A stretch of DNA of 32,543 nt from Chitinivibrionales bacterium (GCA_038247415.1 JBBRUX010000043.1:1-32543); one strand, 5' to 3'; counted from the first letter of the stretch, positions 9,137-19,033 are shown. Notes: generated by a model from the sequence alone, not told the origin. A program made the numbers and translations.

Positions 9137-9574
9137 ATGCGAAAAGTAACTATTCTACTATGTTTGGTGAGCGTGTTTTTGGTAGAGTGTCGGGACACGG
9201 GGAATGTGATTACTATAAAAAATATGGCAGAGGCATCAATGATTTTCTCATTTAGGGGTGAAGTTCATGATGTTGCATCGGGGGCTGATGTTTCCCTTAC
9301 GCACGTACCAAATGGAACTTATAATTACATGACCATTACAACTGTTCCTGCTGGAATGGACAAATGGACGCCCGATAAGAATTTGTCGGGAACTCTTTCT
9401 TTGTATAACAATATGACAACGGTATCAGTCATCTATACATCGATAGTTCAAATTGACTCGAGTGCAGCAGGAGCGGATACTTCATCGATACAGAAAACTA
9501 TCACAAAAACATATTCCGCTTACGCCACGGTAACGTCTTCGCATAGCGCATTGTCAAATTCAACTGTGCAGTAG
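9137..9574 (+). CDS. Putative lipoprotein (small beta-sandwich)
   Basis: AAGGAG RBS. Signal peptide MRKVTILLCLVSVFLVE-C with an atypical lipobox. Beta-rich Ser/Thr sequence. Confidence 0.7.
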   Translation: MRKVTILLCLVSVFLVECRDTGNVITIKNMAEASMIFSFRGEVHDVASGADVSLTHVPNGTYNYMTITTVPAGMDKWTPDKNLSGTLSLYNNMTTVSVIYTSIVQIDSSAAGADTSSIQKTITKTYSAYATVTSSHSALSNSTVQ

Positions 9575-10463
9575 TTTCCTACGGGCGGGCGGCCTATTCA
9601 CGCTATAAAAAAGTGCTTCCTCGCTCAATTTTGAGGTTGGCTAAAAGCTTCGGAAATGATGCCCTCCAAAGGCTGTACCGAATAAATTGCGCTCATTTTG
9701 TTCCGAGAATAGCAAGTTGTATATTCAATTTGTCTTCACATCGTAAGTATTATAAAAAATGACAGTCGCAAACTGGTTGTTCATGCTGCGTCTTTCTCAC
9801 GGATCGATATGGCCGGCGCACCACGAGCACCCCCAATTCGGGTATGCTATGGGAAACGAAATAGCCAACTGGTTTGGTTCCGTTTAAGGGATGTTTTGGT
9901 ATGCTATCGGTAAGTTTTTCCTATAGTAACGAGTTGTGCGAAATAAACTAGGCAAGAATGAATTATAGGCGCGCACGAAGAAATAGAGCACAAACAGAGT
10001 TTGCAATGCACCAAAGGACAAGCAAGGCGTTTTTAAAGGTATAGAATTAAAAAACGGAAAAATAACATTGATGTTTATTGGTATGGTACGGACAAGTTAG
10101 AATATCCAAAAAGCATTATGACAGACTTACTCAAACAACATGTTTACGATTATGGAAAATTACCAAAGTGGAATAAATAAAATATGTAGACACTTAAGCA
10201 ATACTTTAACAGTATACAACGGGCAACCCATAACAGCAAGTAGGGTTAGTCCAATTAAAAAACAAATTTATTCTCGTTATTCAAGATGATACTCTGCAAG
10301 AAAGAGCCTTCCTGAACAATCAGGAAACGACGAAACAGTATATATTTTAGATGTTTTATCGAGTGGAACAATATTGTACGTCGCACGATCAAGTTCAGAT
10401 AATAAAGGTGGGGCAGTGATTTACCAAAGGCATTTTATCGAGACGCAAGAAGTTAAACTAAAG

Positions 10464-11788
10464 TCACAGAGTTGCCGATGTGTTCTTTTTGGCTAGATAC
10501 ACATACATTGCCGGTACTATAAAGAGGCATACCCGCAGAAATTCGCTGGTTGGCAAATTCCACTATAAGAATACCATTTCTAGCAACAAGACCAATGAGC
10601 ATGATGATGCCTATTTGGGAAAAGATATTCATAGTCTGGTTGCAGTACCAGAGCGAAAAAAGCGCTCCGCTTAAGGCTAGGGGAACCGTGGCATTAAAAA
10701 TGATTCTGCTACGATCTTCGAGTGGAGCAAGTTCGGTTGGTAAAAGATTATAAAAAATTACAATGCCAATTAAAGCAATCCCCATTATAGGAAAGGCAAT
10801 CCATTTACGTTTAAGAAATGTTTGCAGTGCCCCTGTGTATCCAGCGATGCGACGTTCAAATAAATGTTTTCGAGTACTACAATTGCATTCTCAACCATAA
10901 GTCCTGTTCCAAGAACCAGAGCATTGTTTCTTCTACTTCGGTAATAGATTGACGAATGGTAGGGGTTACATCAAAAGCTGTTTTTAGTGTGATATCGGGG
11001 GGGGGGGGGGAGTTCTTTTTTTATTGCTGCAAGACGTTTATATGCTTCATTGGCAATGGCAATATAATTTGCACCAGGTTGCGGGGTAAGGCCAATGTCT
11101 ACCATGACTATTCCATCCATTTTCATTATTTGTCGAGAATTTTCAATGCCTTCGAGAGCTTCGCCAATATCTTTAAAACGCACTGGCTGTCCGTTTGTTC
11201 TGCGAATAATAAGATTGTTGAATTCATCAATTGATTGTATGCTGCTCATGGTTCTGATGGTCAATTCGGTCTGGAGACCTTCTACGGTACCTGAAGGCGT
11301 TCCTTTAAAACATCGTTGGCAAAATCGCTAAGCTGTGTGGGTGTTTTGGAATTGCTTTACAAAGAAATCATGATGATTGGTGATGAATTGGCGTCGGCTT
11401 TTGAAACAATGGGCGGGTCTGTATCTGTGGGGAGATTTCGTGTAGCGCGTGAAACCCTATCGCGTACATCATTTGCTGCTGCTTCGAGGTCGATGCCTAA
11501 ATTGAATTCTACCGTTATGGTGCTGCGTCCGTCGGCACTTGTGGAAGTAAGAGTCCGTATTCCTGATATGCCATTGACAGACTCTTCGAGGGGCTCGGTA
11601 ATTTTACTTTCGATAACAGCAGAATTGGCACCGGCATAGGAGGTTGAAACGGTAATTACCGGTGGATCGACTGCGGGGTAATCCCGAACACCCAGTGATT
11701 GAAATGAGAGTATGCCAAAGAGGACAATGACACTAGAAATAACAGTAGCCAGTACAGGACGGGTTATAAAGATAGACGAAAATTTCAT
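10464..11788 (-). pseudogene. AcrB/AcrD/AcrF-family RND permease pseudogene (internally deleted, nonsense, frameshifted)
   Basis: Colinear AcrB fragments: MKFSSIFITRPVLAT...DPPIVSKADA; KERLQ; PSGTVEG..ELTIRT; ITEVEET; AIVVLENIY; APLEDRS; VPLALSGA..GLVARNGILIVEFANQ; LFIVPAMY-stop. Only about 1.3 kb remains of a gene normally about 3.1 kb. In-frame TAA at 11357-11359. Confidence 0.9.
10997..11010 (+). repeat. G14 homopolymer (C14 on the RND coding strand) causing a frameshift
   Basis: gatatc-GGGGGGGGGGGGGG-agttc. The frame KKELP... resumes as DITLKTAFDVT only in a shifted frame. Confidence 0.9.
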
Positions 11789-11794
11789 CGCGCA

Positions 11795-11930
11795 CTGCAC
11801 CACCTTTGCCTGCCCCTTTTTTTGAAGGCATGCCTACCGTTGAATCTTTATGCCCAAACATTTTTGGAAGCGCAATGAGAGCTATAATGGCAAGAGCAAT
11901 AAGAATCCAGACTAATCGCTTGAATGTCAT
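11795..11930 (-). pseudogene. N-terminal remnant of the RND periplasmic adaptor (MFP) gene
   Basis: MTFKRLVWILIALAIIALIALPK...KKGAGKGGA matches the membrane anchor and Gly-rich linker of MFP subunits. It runs directly into the AcrB start; the rest is missing. Confidence 0.65.
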
Positions 11931-12145
11931 GTACTACTTTCGAAAATGGCTAGAGTTTATAAAATCTATAATTACTAAAATACAATTATTTCAGCTTCAG
12001 CTGCTGAATTCTCGATTGATTTTTATTGTCATATTTTTATGATAATATTGTGCAAGGTCAAAATAGTACAGTAAGGACTCAGATCTAAATGTTTGAGGTA
12101 CATCGTGGACGAGCTGACAAAGAGGACTAAAGCAGGGCCCTCCGG

Positions 12146-14170
12146 CTATGGAATGACAATTGTTTTTGTGGTACGTTTGCTCGCATCGGGATTGATACGG
12201 AGAATAATGCCAATTTGGATATTTCGTTTGTGGGTTACTATCGAAGACTGCAGTCTACGTCCGTTAAGGCTATAGTAACGAAACATCTCTTTATCTAATG
12301 GTATGCGTTGCTGTGGCCGGATTATAGTATTAGTTGATGCCACTATTGTAAATGCCCCAGAAGTAAAAAATGCGTTGGGATTAAGATATGATGCGATTTT
12401 GATAACGCATTGTTGAGAGGCTTTCGTAGCTTTAGGTACCCGCCATGCAAATGATGTTTGTGTTTGCGGAAGAGAAGTTCCTGCGGTTAGGTCGGTATAG
12501 TTTTTTCCTCCGTCGGCAGAAACATAAACAAGTGATAATGCAGGTGGATCCATCTGCCATGAAATAGTATACGATGAATCGGCATACAACCATGCGCCAG
12601 CGGCTGGAAAGAGAACCATCGATACAATCCGTTGAGAAACGGTAATGGCAACAGTATCTTTTACCGTATATTGGCCATCATGTACCGAGAGCTCAAATTT
12701 AAACATCCCACTATCAGCAAATGTCACCGACGAATTAATTGAACCAGGTACCGTTATAGTTGCTCCTGTCAAGGGACTGATGAGAGTCCATCGTATTTGT
12801 AAAAATTGATTTGGATATCCATCGTCACGTGCATTTCCATTGAGATAAAAAAGTAAGTCGGGCCGGGTTGTTGTATCTCTGCCTGCAAATATGCTTGGTT
12901 TTGCATTTACATCAGAAACGGTAATAATGACAGTATCAGCAGATGTTCCCGACGTATTTTTTGCGCGCAATACAACAGTGTAAATTCCCTTTTGGGTTGG
13001 TGTGCCAGAAAGCGTGAAGCCTGGAGCCGGTGTAGTGCCTTTTATAAGCGATATGCCGGAAGGAAGCCCCGTGGCACTACCGGTACTTAAAGGATTTGCT
13101 GTTACTGCAAAAGTTCGTTGGGTAGCGTTACCAATAAGGCACGTGAAATCGGAGAGTGCACTAATGATGGGGGCAGAGCTTGGTGCTGCACCTGTGTCTA
13201 AAATTACCATGTCGAGATTGCCCGATTGCTTGCAATCGAGGCTGTCTGCAAGATACATCCATTTACGATTGGATAAACTCATGATGAATGGATTGACAGA
13301 AGTGTTATACATGAAGAAAGTAATATAATCACGATTATTTGTCCATCGGACAGTTTCATATTCTTCTTCGAGGTGGCACGAGTTAAGAGATTTGGTTCTT
13401 TTGGCCCAAGACACAATGGTGTCGGTAACAAGGATATCCTGCTTTTTGTGGCCCAATGAATCACAAATCCGAATGGTGTGATGATACGGAAGCTGGAAAA
13501 GAAAATCGCACGAGTTATCGGGAGCTATATTGATGCGGCATCCAATAGAATCGGCGAGGATAAATTGACCATTAGGAACATGCCCGATGCCTACGGCTTG
13601 ACCTCCGGCAGCAAACGCCATATGTTGACCATCGGGAGAGAGCGTAAACCATGGCCTGGTGACTTCGGTGAGAGTCCACAGTTGAACGCTTTGTGTCGGG
13701 TTATCGATATTGCATCGCTTAAGATCATACATGTCTATTATTGCCCAGTCGGTCCCTGTTGCCCCATCCCTCCAGTATCGTGATAGGTAGCCCTCAATGG
13801 GAATGCTTTTTAGGCCAGTTCCATCCCAATTCATTACATATTTTGTGTTGCTATATGCTTCATTAAAAATAATCCGAGAACCATCAAAGGTTATACTTGG
13901 GTTGTCGATAGTCCTCTTTCCTGCTGTAAAGAGCGATGGTGGTGTAAGCTCTTTAACAATACCATTATCGCTATCTACGATAAGAAGTGTCTGGTCGTCG
14001 GTAGCAGAGCCAGCACCAGCAGGGTAGCCAGTTTGCAGCCAGGCGCACCTAGCTTTTTTTCCGGCAGGAAGAATATCTTTAAAATCGGTTTTTAATTGAG
14101 CAGGAGTTTTTGATAAGGCCCCGCTTGAGCAGAGCAGTATTAAAAGCAAACTTGATGCGAAAACTCTCAT
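12146..14170 (-). CDS. Secreted protein: TolB-like beta-propeller, putative Ig (He_PIG), PKD/K319-like and further Ig-like domains, C-terminal sorting tail
   Basis: Signal peptide. 'PSITFDGSRIIF', 'TLSPDGQHMAF' (propeller); 'ATGLPSGIS..LSGTPTQKGIYTV' (He_PIG); 'AGRDTT..LNGNARDDGYP..WTLIS..FELSVHDG' (PKD); tail 'YYSLNGRRL'. ATG at 14170 follows an AAGG. Confidence 0.8.
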   Translation of the reverse strand: MRVFASSLLLILLCSSGALSKTPAQLKTDFKDILPAGKKARCAWLQTGYPAGAGSATDDQTLLIVDSDNGIVKELTPPSLFTAGKRTIDNPSITFDGSRIIFNEAYSNTKYVMNWDGTGLKSIPIEGYLSRYWRDGATGTDWAIIDMYDLKRCNIDNPTQSVQLWTLTEVTRPWFTLSPDGQHMAFAAGGQAVGIGHVPNGQFILADSIGCRINIAPDNSCDFLFQLPYHHTIRICDSLGHKKQDILVTDTIVSWAKRTKSLNSCHLEEEYETVRWTNNRDYITFFMYNTSVNPFIMSLSNRKWMYLADSLDCKQSGNLDMVILDTGAAPSSAPIISALSDFTCLIGNATQRTFAVTANPLSTGSATGLPSGISLIKGTTPAPGFTLSGTPTQKGIYTVVLRAKNTSGTSADTVIITVSDVNAKPSIFAGRDTTTRPDLLFYLNGNARDDGYPNQFLQIRWTLISPLTGATITVPGSINSSVTFADSGMFKFELSVHDGQYTVKDTVAITVSQRIVSMVLFPAAGAWLYADSSYTISWQMDPPALSLVYVSADGGKNYTDLTAGTSLPQTQTSFAWRVPKATKASQQCVIKIASYLNPNAFFTSGAFTIVASTNTIIRPQQRIPLDKEMFRYYSLNGRRLQSSIVTHKRNIQIGIILRINPDASKRTTKTIVIP

Positions 14171-14205
14171 ACTCAACCTTGTGCTAAGGATTTAGAACAT
14201 TCGAC

Positions 14206-15267
14206 TCAATGCAATGGTTTTTTAAGAACAACGCTGGGTTGGGTAATTAATCCGTGTGAACGTATCGATCGGCCATTAATTTGAACGGTTCTTGACGTCG
14301 TATTTTTTGAAATCCCAGTTTGCATTTCAATGCGCGCAGAGCCATTTGAGCGTATCGCGTCATTTTTATGTACGGAGTTTGATATTGACGACGGAACTGG
14401 GACAAAAGTCGGGAAGTTAGATTGAAAATATTTCAGAATTGTAACCATGCGCTCTGAGGTAGGCATTTCATGGGTGCCAGAGAGCGTATCAAATTGATGG
14501 GCTACACCTGCTTTTGTCATTGCGCTATCCAAGGAAATATTATCGGCTCTAAAAAAGTCGCTCGTTGTCGTATAAAATCTAATTTTAACATTGTTAGTTT
14601 TATATGAGGCTACATTAGGAAATATATCATAATTATTCCAAATCGCCGGATTATTTTTGCCCAACACATAGCTAATATCAAATCCATATTGCCAATTTTG
14701 GAAATTTACGCACGGAACAACTGCAAAGCCAACGCTAAATACTTCGGGATGAATTCGAAGGTTATGCAGTGTGCCATATCCACCCATACTCACTCCACAT
14801 AATCCGGTACTTCCACGAGCGGGTTGAGTTGCATAGGCAGAGTCTACAGTTTTTTTAAGATCATTAATGAGAAAACTAGAAAGTTGAGCTTCCTTTTTAT
14901 TTGGTATTGTATCAATAGGGCTATCCAGCCACCAACTATGTCCGCCCATAAACCCATCATCAGGCGAAATTGCAATAATGCCATTCACGCTATCGATCAT
15001 TTTGTCAACTTCTGGATTTGGTTGGCCGGAAGGAATGTGCCATCCTGCAGCCCAAAAGGAAAATTGATGCAAGAGATACACAACTGAGAACTTCTTACCA
15101 GCCTTGGACTGTTCTGTATAATTTGTTGGCAGATATACCCAGTAATACATTTGTTTACCCAAGGTTTTGCTATACATGGTCATTTGTGTTGCAGTACCTG
15201 CAAATGCTTTCGTGCCAACTATACAGAGCAGTGTCGCCACGAGCGAAAGGTTCCGTAAAGTTTTCAT
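14206..15267 (-). CDS. Secreted alpha/beta-hydrolase esterase (putative esterase/CE1-like) with C-terminal tail
   Basis: 'YSKTLGKQMYYWVYLP', 'VVYLLH', nucleophile elbow GVSMGG, candidate catalytic His in GTHE. Signal peptide AFA-G. TAAGGAG RBS before ATG at 15267. Confidence 0.88.
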   Translation of the reverse strand: MKTLRNLSLVATLLCIVGTKAFAGTATQMTMYSKTLGKQMYYWVYLPTNYTEQSKAGKKFSVVYLLHQFSFWAAGWHIPSGQPNPEVDKMIDSVNGIIAISPDDGFMGGHSWWLDSPIDTIPNKKEAQLSSFLINDLKKTVDSAYATQPARGSTGLCGVSMGGYGTLHNLRIHPEVFSVGFAVVPCVNFQNWQYGFDISYVLGKNNPAIWNNYDIFPNVASYKTNNVKIRFYTTTSDFFRADNISLDSAMTKAGVAHQFDTLSGTHEMPTSERMVTILKYFQSNFPTFVPVPSSISNSVHKNDAIRSNGSARIEMQTGISKNTTSRTVQINGRSIRSHGLITQPSVVLKKPLH

Positions 15268-15278
15268 AGACAATCTCC

Positions 15279-17570
15279 TTATCGTACCATATTGATAGTA
15301 AATGTTTTTGTAATTTTTATTGTTGAAACGCGCACCAAGAGTAGTGCTGACGGAAGTTCGTGAGCCGAGAAGAGCAACGTTTTTTGATGATTTTTGGAAT
15401 TGCGTAGAGCAACGGTTCGGCCCGAAAGATTAAGAACCGTGACCGTAAAATCGGCACCATCTGCAAGCGTTATCGAAATAGCGTTTTTGATACGTTGACA
15501 TTGAGGAATAGCGTGGATAGTCGCCTTGAGAGGTGTCGTAATGCCAACCACAGAGCGCATTGGATAATTCCATACAACCTCTCCCCACGTATGGCCAGGA
15601 ACCCATCGAGGCTTGCCGTATTCGTAGGCGCCAAGATCGGGCTTTGCACCTGTTATATCACTTTGAGGAATTACTACGGGCGTATCAAGCTTGAAGGTAT
15701 AACCATTATTGAGAAAATTCTTTAAAAACTGAAATTGTGAATCCGCACGAAACCCACCTTTATCAATTGCCTTGGAGCCCGCAACCAGTGTGAAGTCAAA
15801 ATTTTTAGCATCTTTAATACCCCACTCTCCTGGTTTGCCATCTGCCCAGAGTGCATTGACGCCCCGTTCGTCATCATTGTATCCTTTGTAAACATCACTG
15901 CGAATCGAATCGATCGATGTGTTATTATAGGTTATCTGGGCCATGGGGGCTGTAGTAATGGGATTGTTCTCCGCATTGCCCTTGTATTGCCAAAAGACAT
16001 TGTGATGGATAATGCAATTATCCCCACCATAATCGAAGTAGATATGATGTGTATTCCACCATTGCACCATATCATGAAACCAGTTGTACGAAATTTCGGT
16101 ACCAGCGCCTTGTTGCCCATTTGTATAGATAGAGCCCCCGTCATCGGCGAGGAACATACAGTTATAGACGTTGTTATATGTCCACTTTTGCCCGGTTTTT
16201 AAGGAGCCTTGAACGGCCGTGGAGTAGGTGAGTGCCGATCGTCCAAAGTTATACAGTGTGGTGTGGGAAACGGTATTATGACCTTCTACTTGGGCGCCTG
16301 TCGCGATCCCTACTTCGTAGGTACCAAGATAATCGCAATCATGAACAAGACAATTGTCAACAATGTTTCCATTTCCAACAATAAAAATTCCTGAAGCTGC
16401 ACTATATTCGATTGACGAATTAAGAATTTTATTATTATTTCCGTAGATGTAAATTGCCGATGCTCCGCTTGTCCGGTCGGTTGTGAAATTTGGTGGGATT
16501 GTCCAATGGGTAATATTGCGTGCATGGCAATCATTGATGATGCAATTGTTGGTGGTATTTAAATTGAATGAGCCACCAAGGGAATGGATGCCACTAATTT
16601 CTATGAAATCTCTATTGGAAAGATCGAAAATAAGAATACGTTTTTTCAATTCGATCAGAAGGACGTTAGGGTCTTTATCACTGGGTGTTCTTAAAAAAAG
16701 TGTTCCATTTTCAAGTGCCCACTCTTTTTGGACATCTAGAAACATTTTTTTGCCGATAAAGGCAAAGTTTCCTCCACCTGCTTCCCAATTGGAAGCGTTG
16801 ACATATGCGTACATCCAGCCTGCCATTGCGGGTGCGTTTGCTGGTTCAACACCCCATCCGGGCGCGCCAACACCAACTTCGCTACTCCAATATCCAGCCG
16901 TTTTATGAACAAGTGCGCCAGCTAAAAAGTTTTGTGGAACGTTATTGGTACGGCAGCTGTCAAAGAATGGGACTAATTTTGATTTTCCATAGCCATCGTC
17001 TGGTGTGCCAATCCAGATTTTTAAAACGCCTGCCCCTTTTTGTGAACTTCCAGGAATAACTGCAGGGTTAATAATTGATGGCGGGAAGTCGGTTGTATTG
17101 CCATGGTGAATAACATTTCCATCCGCTGGAGTATTTTTAATTTGGTCTAAATTTGGAATACGCGCTTCGATCATTGCCTCACCATTGACAAAAACCTGAT
17201 TGCGGCCTAGACCGATATTCCAAGAAACAGGAGTTTTCCAGACATTTCCTGCGTCTTTAGTCCAGCCAGTAATTGGATCGGCTGCACTGATAAAAACGGT
17301 ATCTGTTCCATATTGTTTAAAAACGATAGGTTTTCCAGATGTTCCGCTTGCTGCAGGAATAACGGTTTCGCGATAAATTCCAGAACGGATGAGGCACGTA
17401 TCGCCAGCTTGCATTGTGTCGGCAGCTTTCTGTATTGTTTTAAAAGGCTTTGCCAAGCTCCCCTCTCCCACCGAGGCATCGGCACTTTCTGAAACAATGT
17501 AGGTAGCAGAGAAAACAGAAGATGAATAGCACAAAATTGCTAATAAGATAGATTTCATGACACTGATCAT
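15279..17570 (-). CDS. Secreted right-handed beta-helix protein (DUF1565-like N-terminus; probable polysaccharide-active enzyme) with C-terminal sorting tail
   Basis: 'ATYIVS...GSLAKPFKTIQKAAD..AGDTCLIRSGIYRETV', 'QVFVNGEAMIEARIPN', Asn-ladder repeats, 'DDGGSIY', 'IYFD..IIHHNVFW', 'PDLGAYEYG', tail 'VLNLSGRTV'. Confidence 0.82.
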   Translation of the reverse strand: MISVMKSILLAILCYSSSVFSATYIVSESADASVGEGSLAKPFKTIQKAADTMQAGDTCLIRSGIYRETVIPAASGTSGKPIVFKQYGTDTVFISAADPITGWTKDAGNVWKTPVSWNIGLGRNQVFVNGEAMIEARIPNLDQIKNTPADGNVIHHGNTTDFPPSIINPAVIPGSSQKGAGVLKIWIGTPDDGYGKSKLVPFFDSCRTNNVPQNFLAGALVHKTAGYWSSEVGVGAPGWGVEPANAPAMAGWMYAYVNASNWEAGGGNFAFIGKKMFLDVQKEWALENGTLFLRTPSDKDPNVLLIELKKRILIFDLSNRDFIEISGIHSLGGSFNLNTTNNCIINDCHARNITHWTIPPNFTTDRTSGASAIYIYGNNNKILNSSIEYSAASGIFIVGNGNIVDNCLVHDCDYLGTYEVGIATGAQVEGHNTVSHTTLYNFGRSALTYSTAVQGSLKTGQKWTYNNVYNCMFLADDGGSIYTNGQQGAGTEISYNWFHDMVQWWNTHHIYFDYGGDNCIIHHNVFWQYKGNAENNPITTAPMAQITYNNTSIDSIRSDVYKGYNDDERGVNALWADGKPGEWGIKDAKNFDFTLVAGSKAIDKGGFRADSQFQFLKNFLNNGYTFKLDTPVVIPQSDITGAKPDLGAYEYGKPRWVPGHTWGEVVWNYPMRSVVGITTPLKATIHAIPQCQRIKNAISITLADGADFTVTVLNLSGRTVALRNSKNHQKTLLFSAHELPSALLLVRVSTIKITKTFTINMVR

Positions 17571-17733
17571 GGTTGATGCCCCATAGTTAATCGGTTAAGT
17601 AACGAGATATTTTTCTTTTTTTAGAAAATCAAGCCATATTGTTAGTATAACATATTTATTACAAGTTAGCTTAATTAAATATTGAATAGAGGTAAATGAA
17701 ATGAACTAAATGAATTTTGAAGTTTAAATAATG

Positions 17734-18180
17734 CTATTTATCGGCAGTTTTAAGTATTTCAATACACATCGGAGGCTTAACAGTATGTAAACAAACTTTG
17801 CCATCAATACTTAATGTTGGAGCGTTGCCTACGCTGCGCTGTCCTATGCTAGAATGTAATCGGCTGCCCGATTGATTGTGCAGAGATGCTTTTGTAAATG
17901 CGCTATCGAGGGAAAGATTGTTTGCTTTAAAAAAATCGTTTGAAGTGTTATAAAAACGAATTTTAACATCTTTTGTTTTATACGTTGCGGCATTTGGTAA
18001 GATATCAAAATTATTTTGCCATTGGTTGAGATTGACACCCGCAACGACAGCGAATCCAGCACAATACACCTCGGGATGAATTCGAAGATTGTGAAAGGTT
18101 CCAAACCCTCCCATACTTACGCCTGCAAGGCCAGTGCTTGCTCGTCCGGTTTGGGTTGCATACGACGAATCGATATAAGC
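17734..18180 (-). pseudogene. Truncated, internally deleted paralog of the esterase at 14206-15267
   Basis: AYIDSSYATQTGRASTGLAGVSMGGFGTFHNLRIHPEV...FDI|LPNAATYKT..KIRFY..LSLDSAFTKA aligns closely with the intact esterase. It lacks the N-terminal half, a 17-aa segment and the His-containing segment. Confidence 0.85.
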
Positions 18181-18349
18181 AAGCGTATTGTTGAAATAGG
18201 AGGAACCTTAATTCCCCGTAAAACGGTGGCGCGCTTATCAAGATAATGCAGAGCGTTTAAGCGAAAAAAGCTCCCTAAAGTGCGGTCGAAATAAGATTCC
18301 ATGACTTATTTTATAATCTGTTTACAATGCACTTTTTACAAGGAACTCT

Positions 18350-19033
18350 ATGCTCAACAATTATAGTGGCACCCCTCCTCCGCATTTCGATAGCGCAAAA
18401 ATAATTCTCTTTGATGATCTTACAGATTGCGTGGATTTAGCTTTGTCGTATGTGCAAAAGGGAGCGATAGCTCTGGCGGCCGGTTCTACTTTGTCTCGTT
18501 TGTATGCGTTGATGGCTTTAAAAGGCAGTGATTCTTCTGCGGCATCGTTTTTTCCTTTAGATGAACGGTGTGTCCCACTCGATAATCCAGGCTCGAATTG
18601 GGGTTTAATAACCAGCACGTTTTTGTCAGCCATCGGGAAAAGTTCAGACCAAGCCCATTGGGGAATAGATGCTGAGAGTTTCGAAAAAATCGTTCGGAGG
18701 TTTTTTGGTGAACGCACACCTCAATTCGATTCTATACTTATGAGCATGGGTGACGATGGTCATGTTGCTAGTCTTTTTCCACACAGTGATTCTCTGGCCG
18801 ATATGCAATCTATTGTTCTTGCAACAAAAAGCCCAAAACCACCCTACGAGCGTTATACGTTAGGCCCACGCCTTATTGCCTGCGCACATAAGGTTCTCTT
18901 GTTTATCGAGGGTGAAGCAAAAAGAGCGGTGGTAGCAAAGTTTTTGCAAGGAGATTTAGGGATTCCAGCATATTCTCTTTTGCACAATCGCACAGAGTCG
19001 ACGGTATTGATCCATCGATATCTCGTGGAATGA
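18350..19033 (+). CDS. pgl: 6-phosphogluconolactonase
   Basis: IALAAGST, DERCVP..SNW, FDSILMSMGDDGHVASLFP, SPKPPYERYTL, GEAKR. AAGGA RBS. Confidence 0.88.
   Translation: MLNNYSGTPPPHFDSAKIILFDDLTDCVDLALSYVQKGAIALAAGSTLSRLYALMALKGSDSSAASFFPLDERCVPLDNPGSNWGLITSTFLSAIGKSSDQAHWGIDAESFEKIVRRFFGERTPQFDSILMSMGDDGHVASLFPHSDSLADMQSIVLATKSPKPPYERYTLGPRLIACAHKVLLFIEGEAKRAVVAKFLQGDLGIPAYSLLHNRTESTVLIHRYLVE

Noticed and set aside
9755..9900. Possible c-di-GMP riboswitch downstream of the PilB operon
   Set aside because: Could not match the conserved GEMM elements or a convincing paired structure by eye; needs an Rfam scan.
10225..10255. CCATAAC...GTTAGTC resembling an integron attC core pair
   Set aside because: Spacing is far too short for attC; no integrase or second site.
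18264..18280. AAAAAAGCTCCCTAAAG, also present at about 23713-23729 inside the SLT gene
   Set aside because: Only two copies, A-rich, one inside coding sequence, and no shared flanks; most likely chance.
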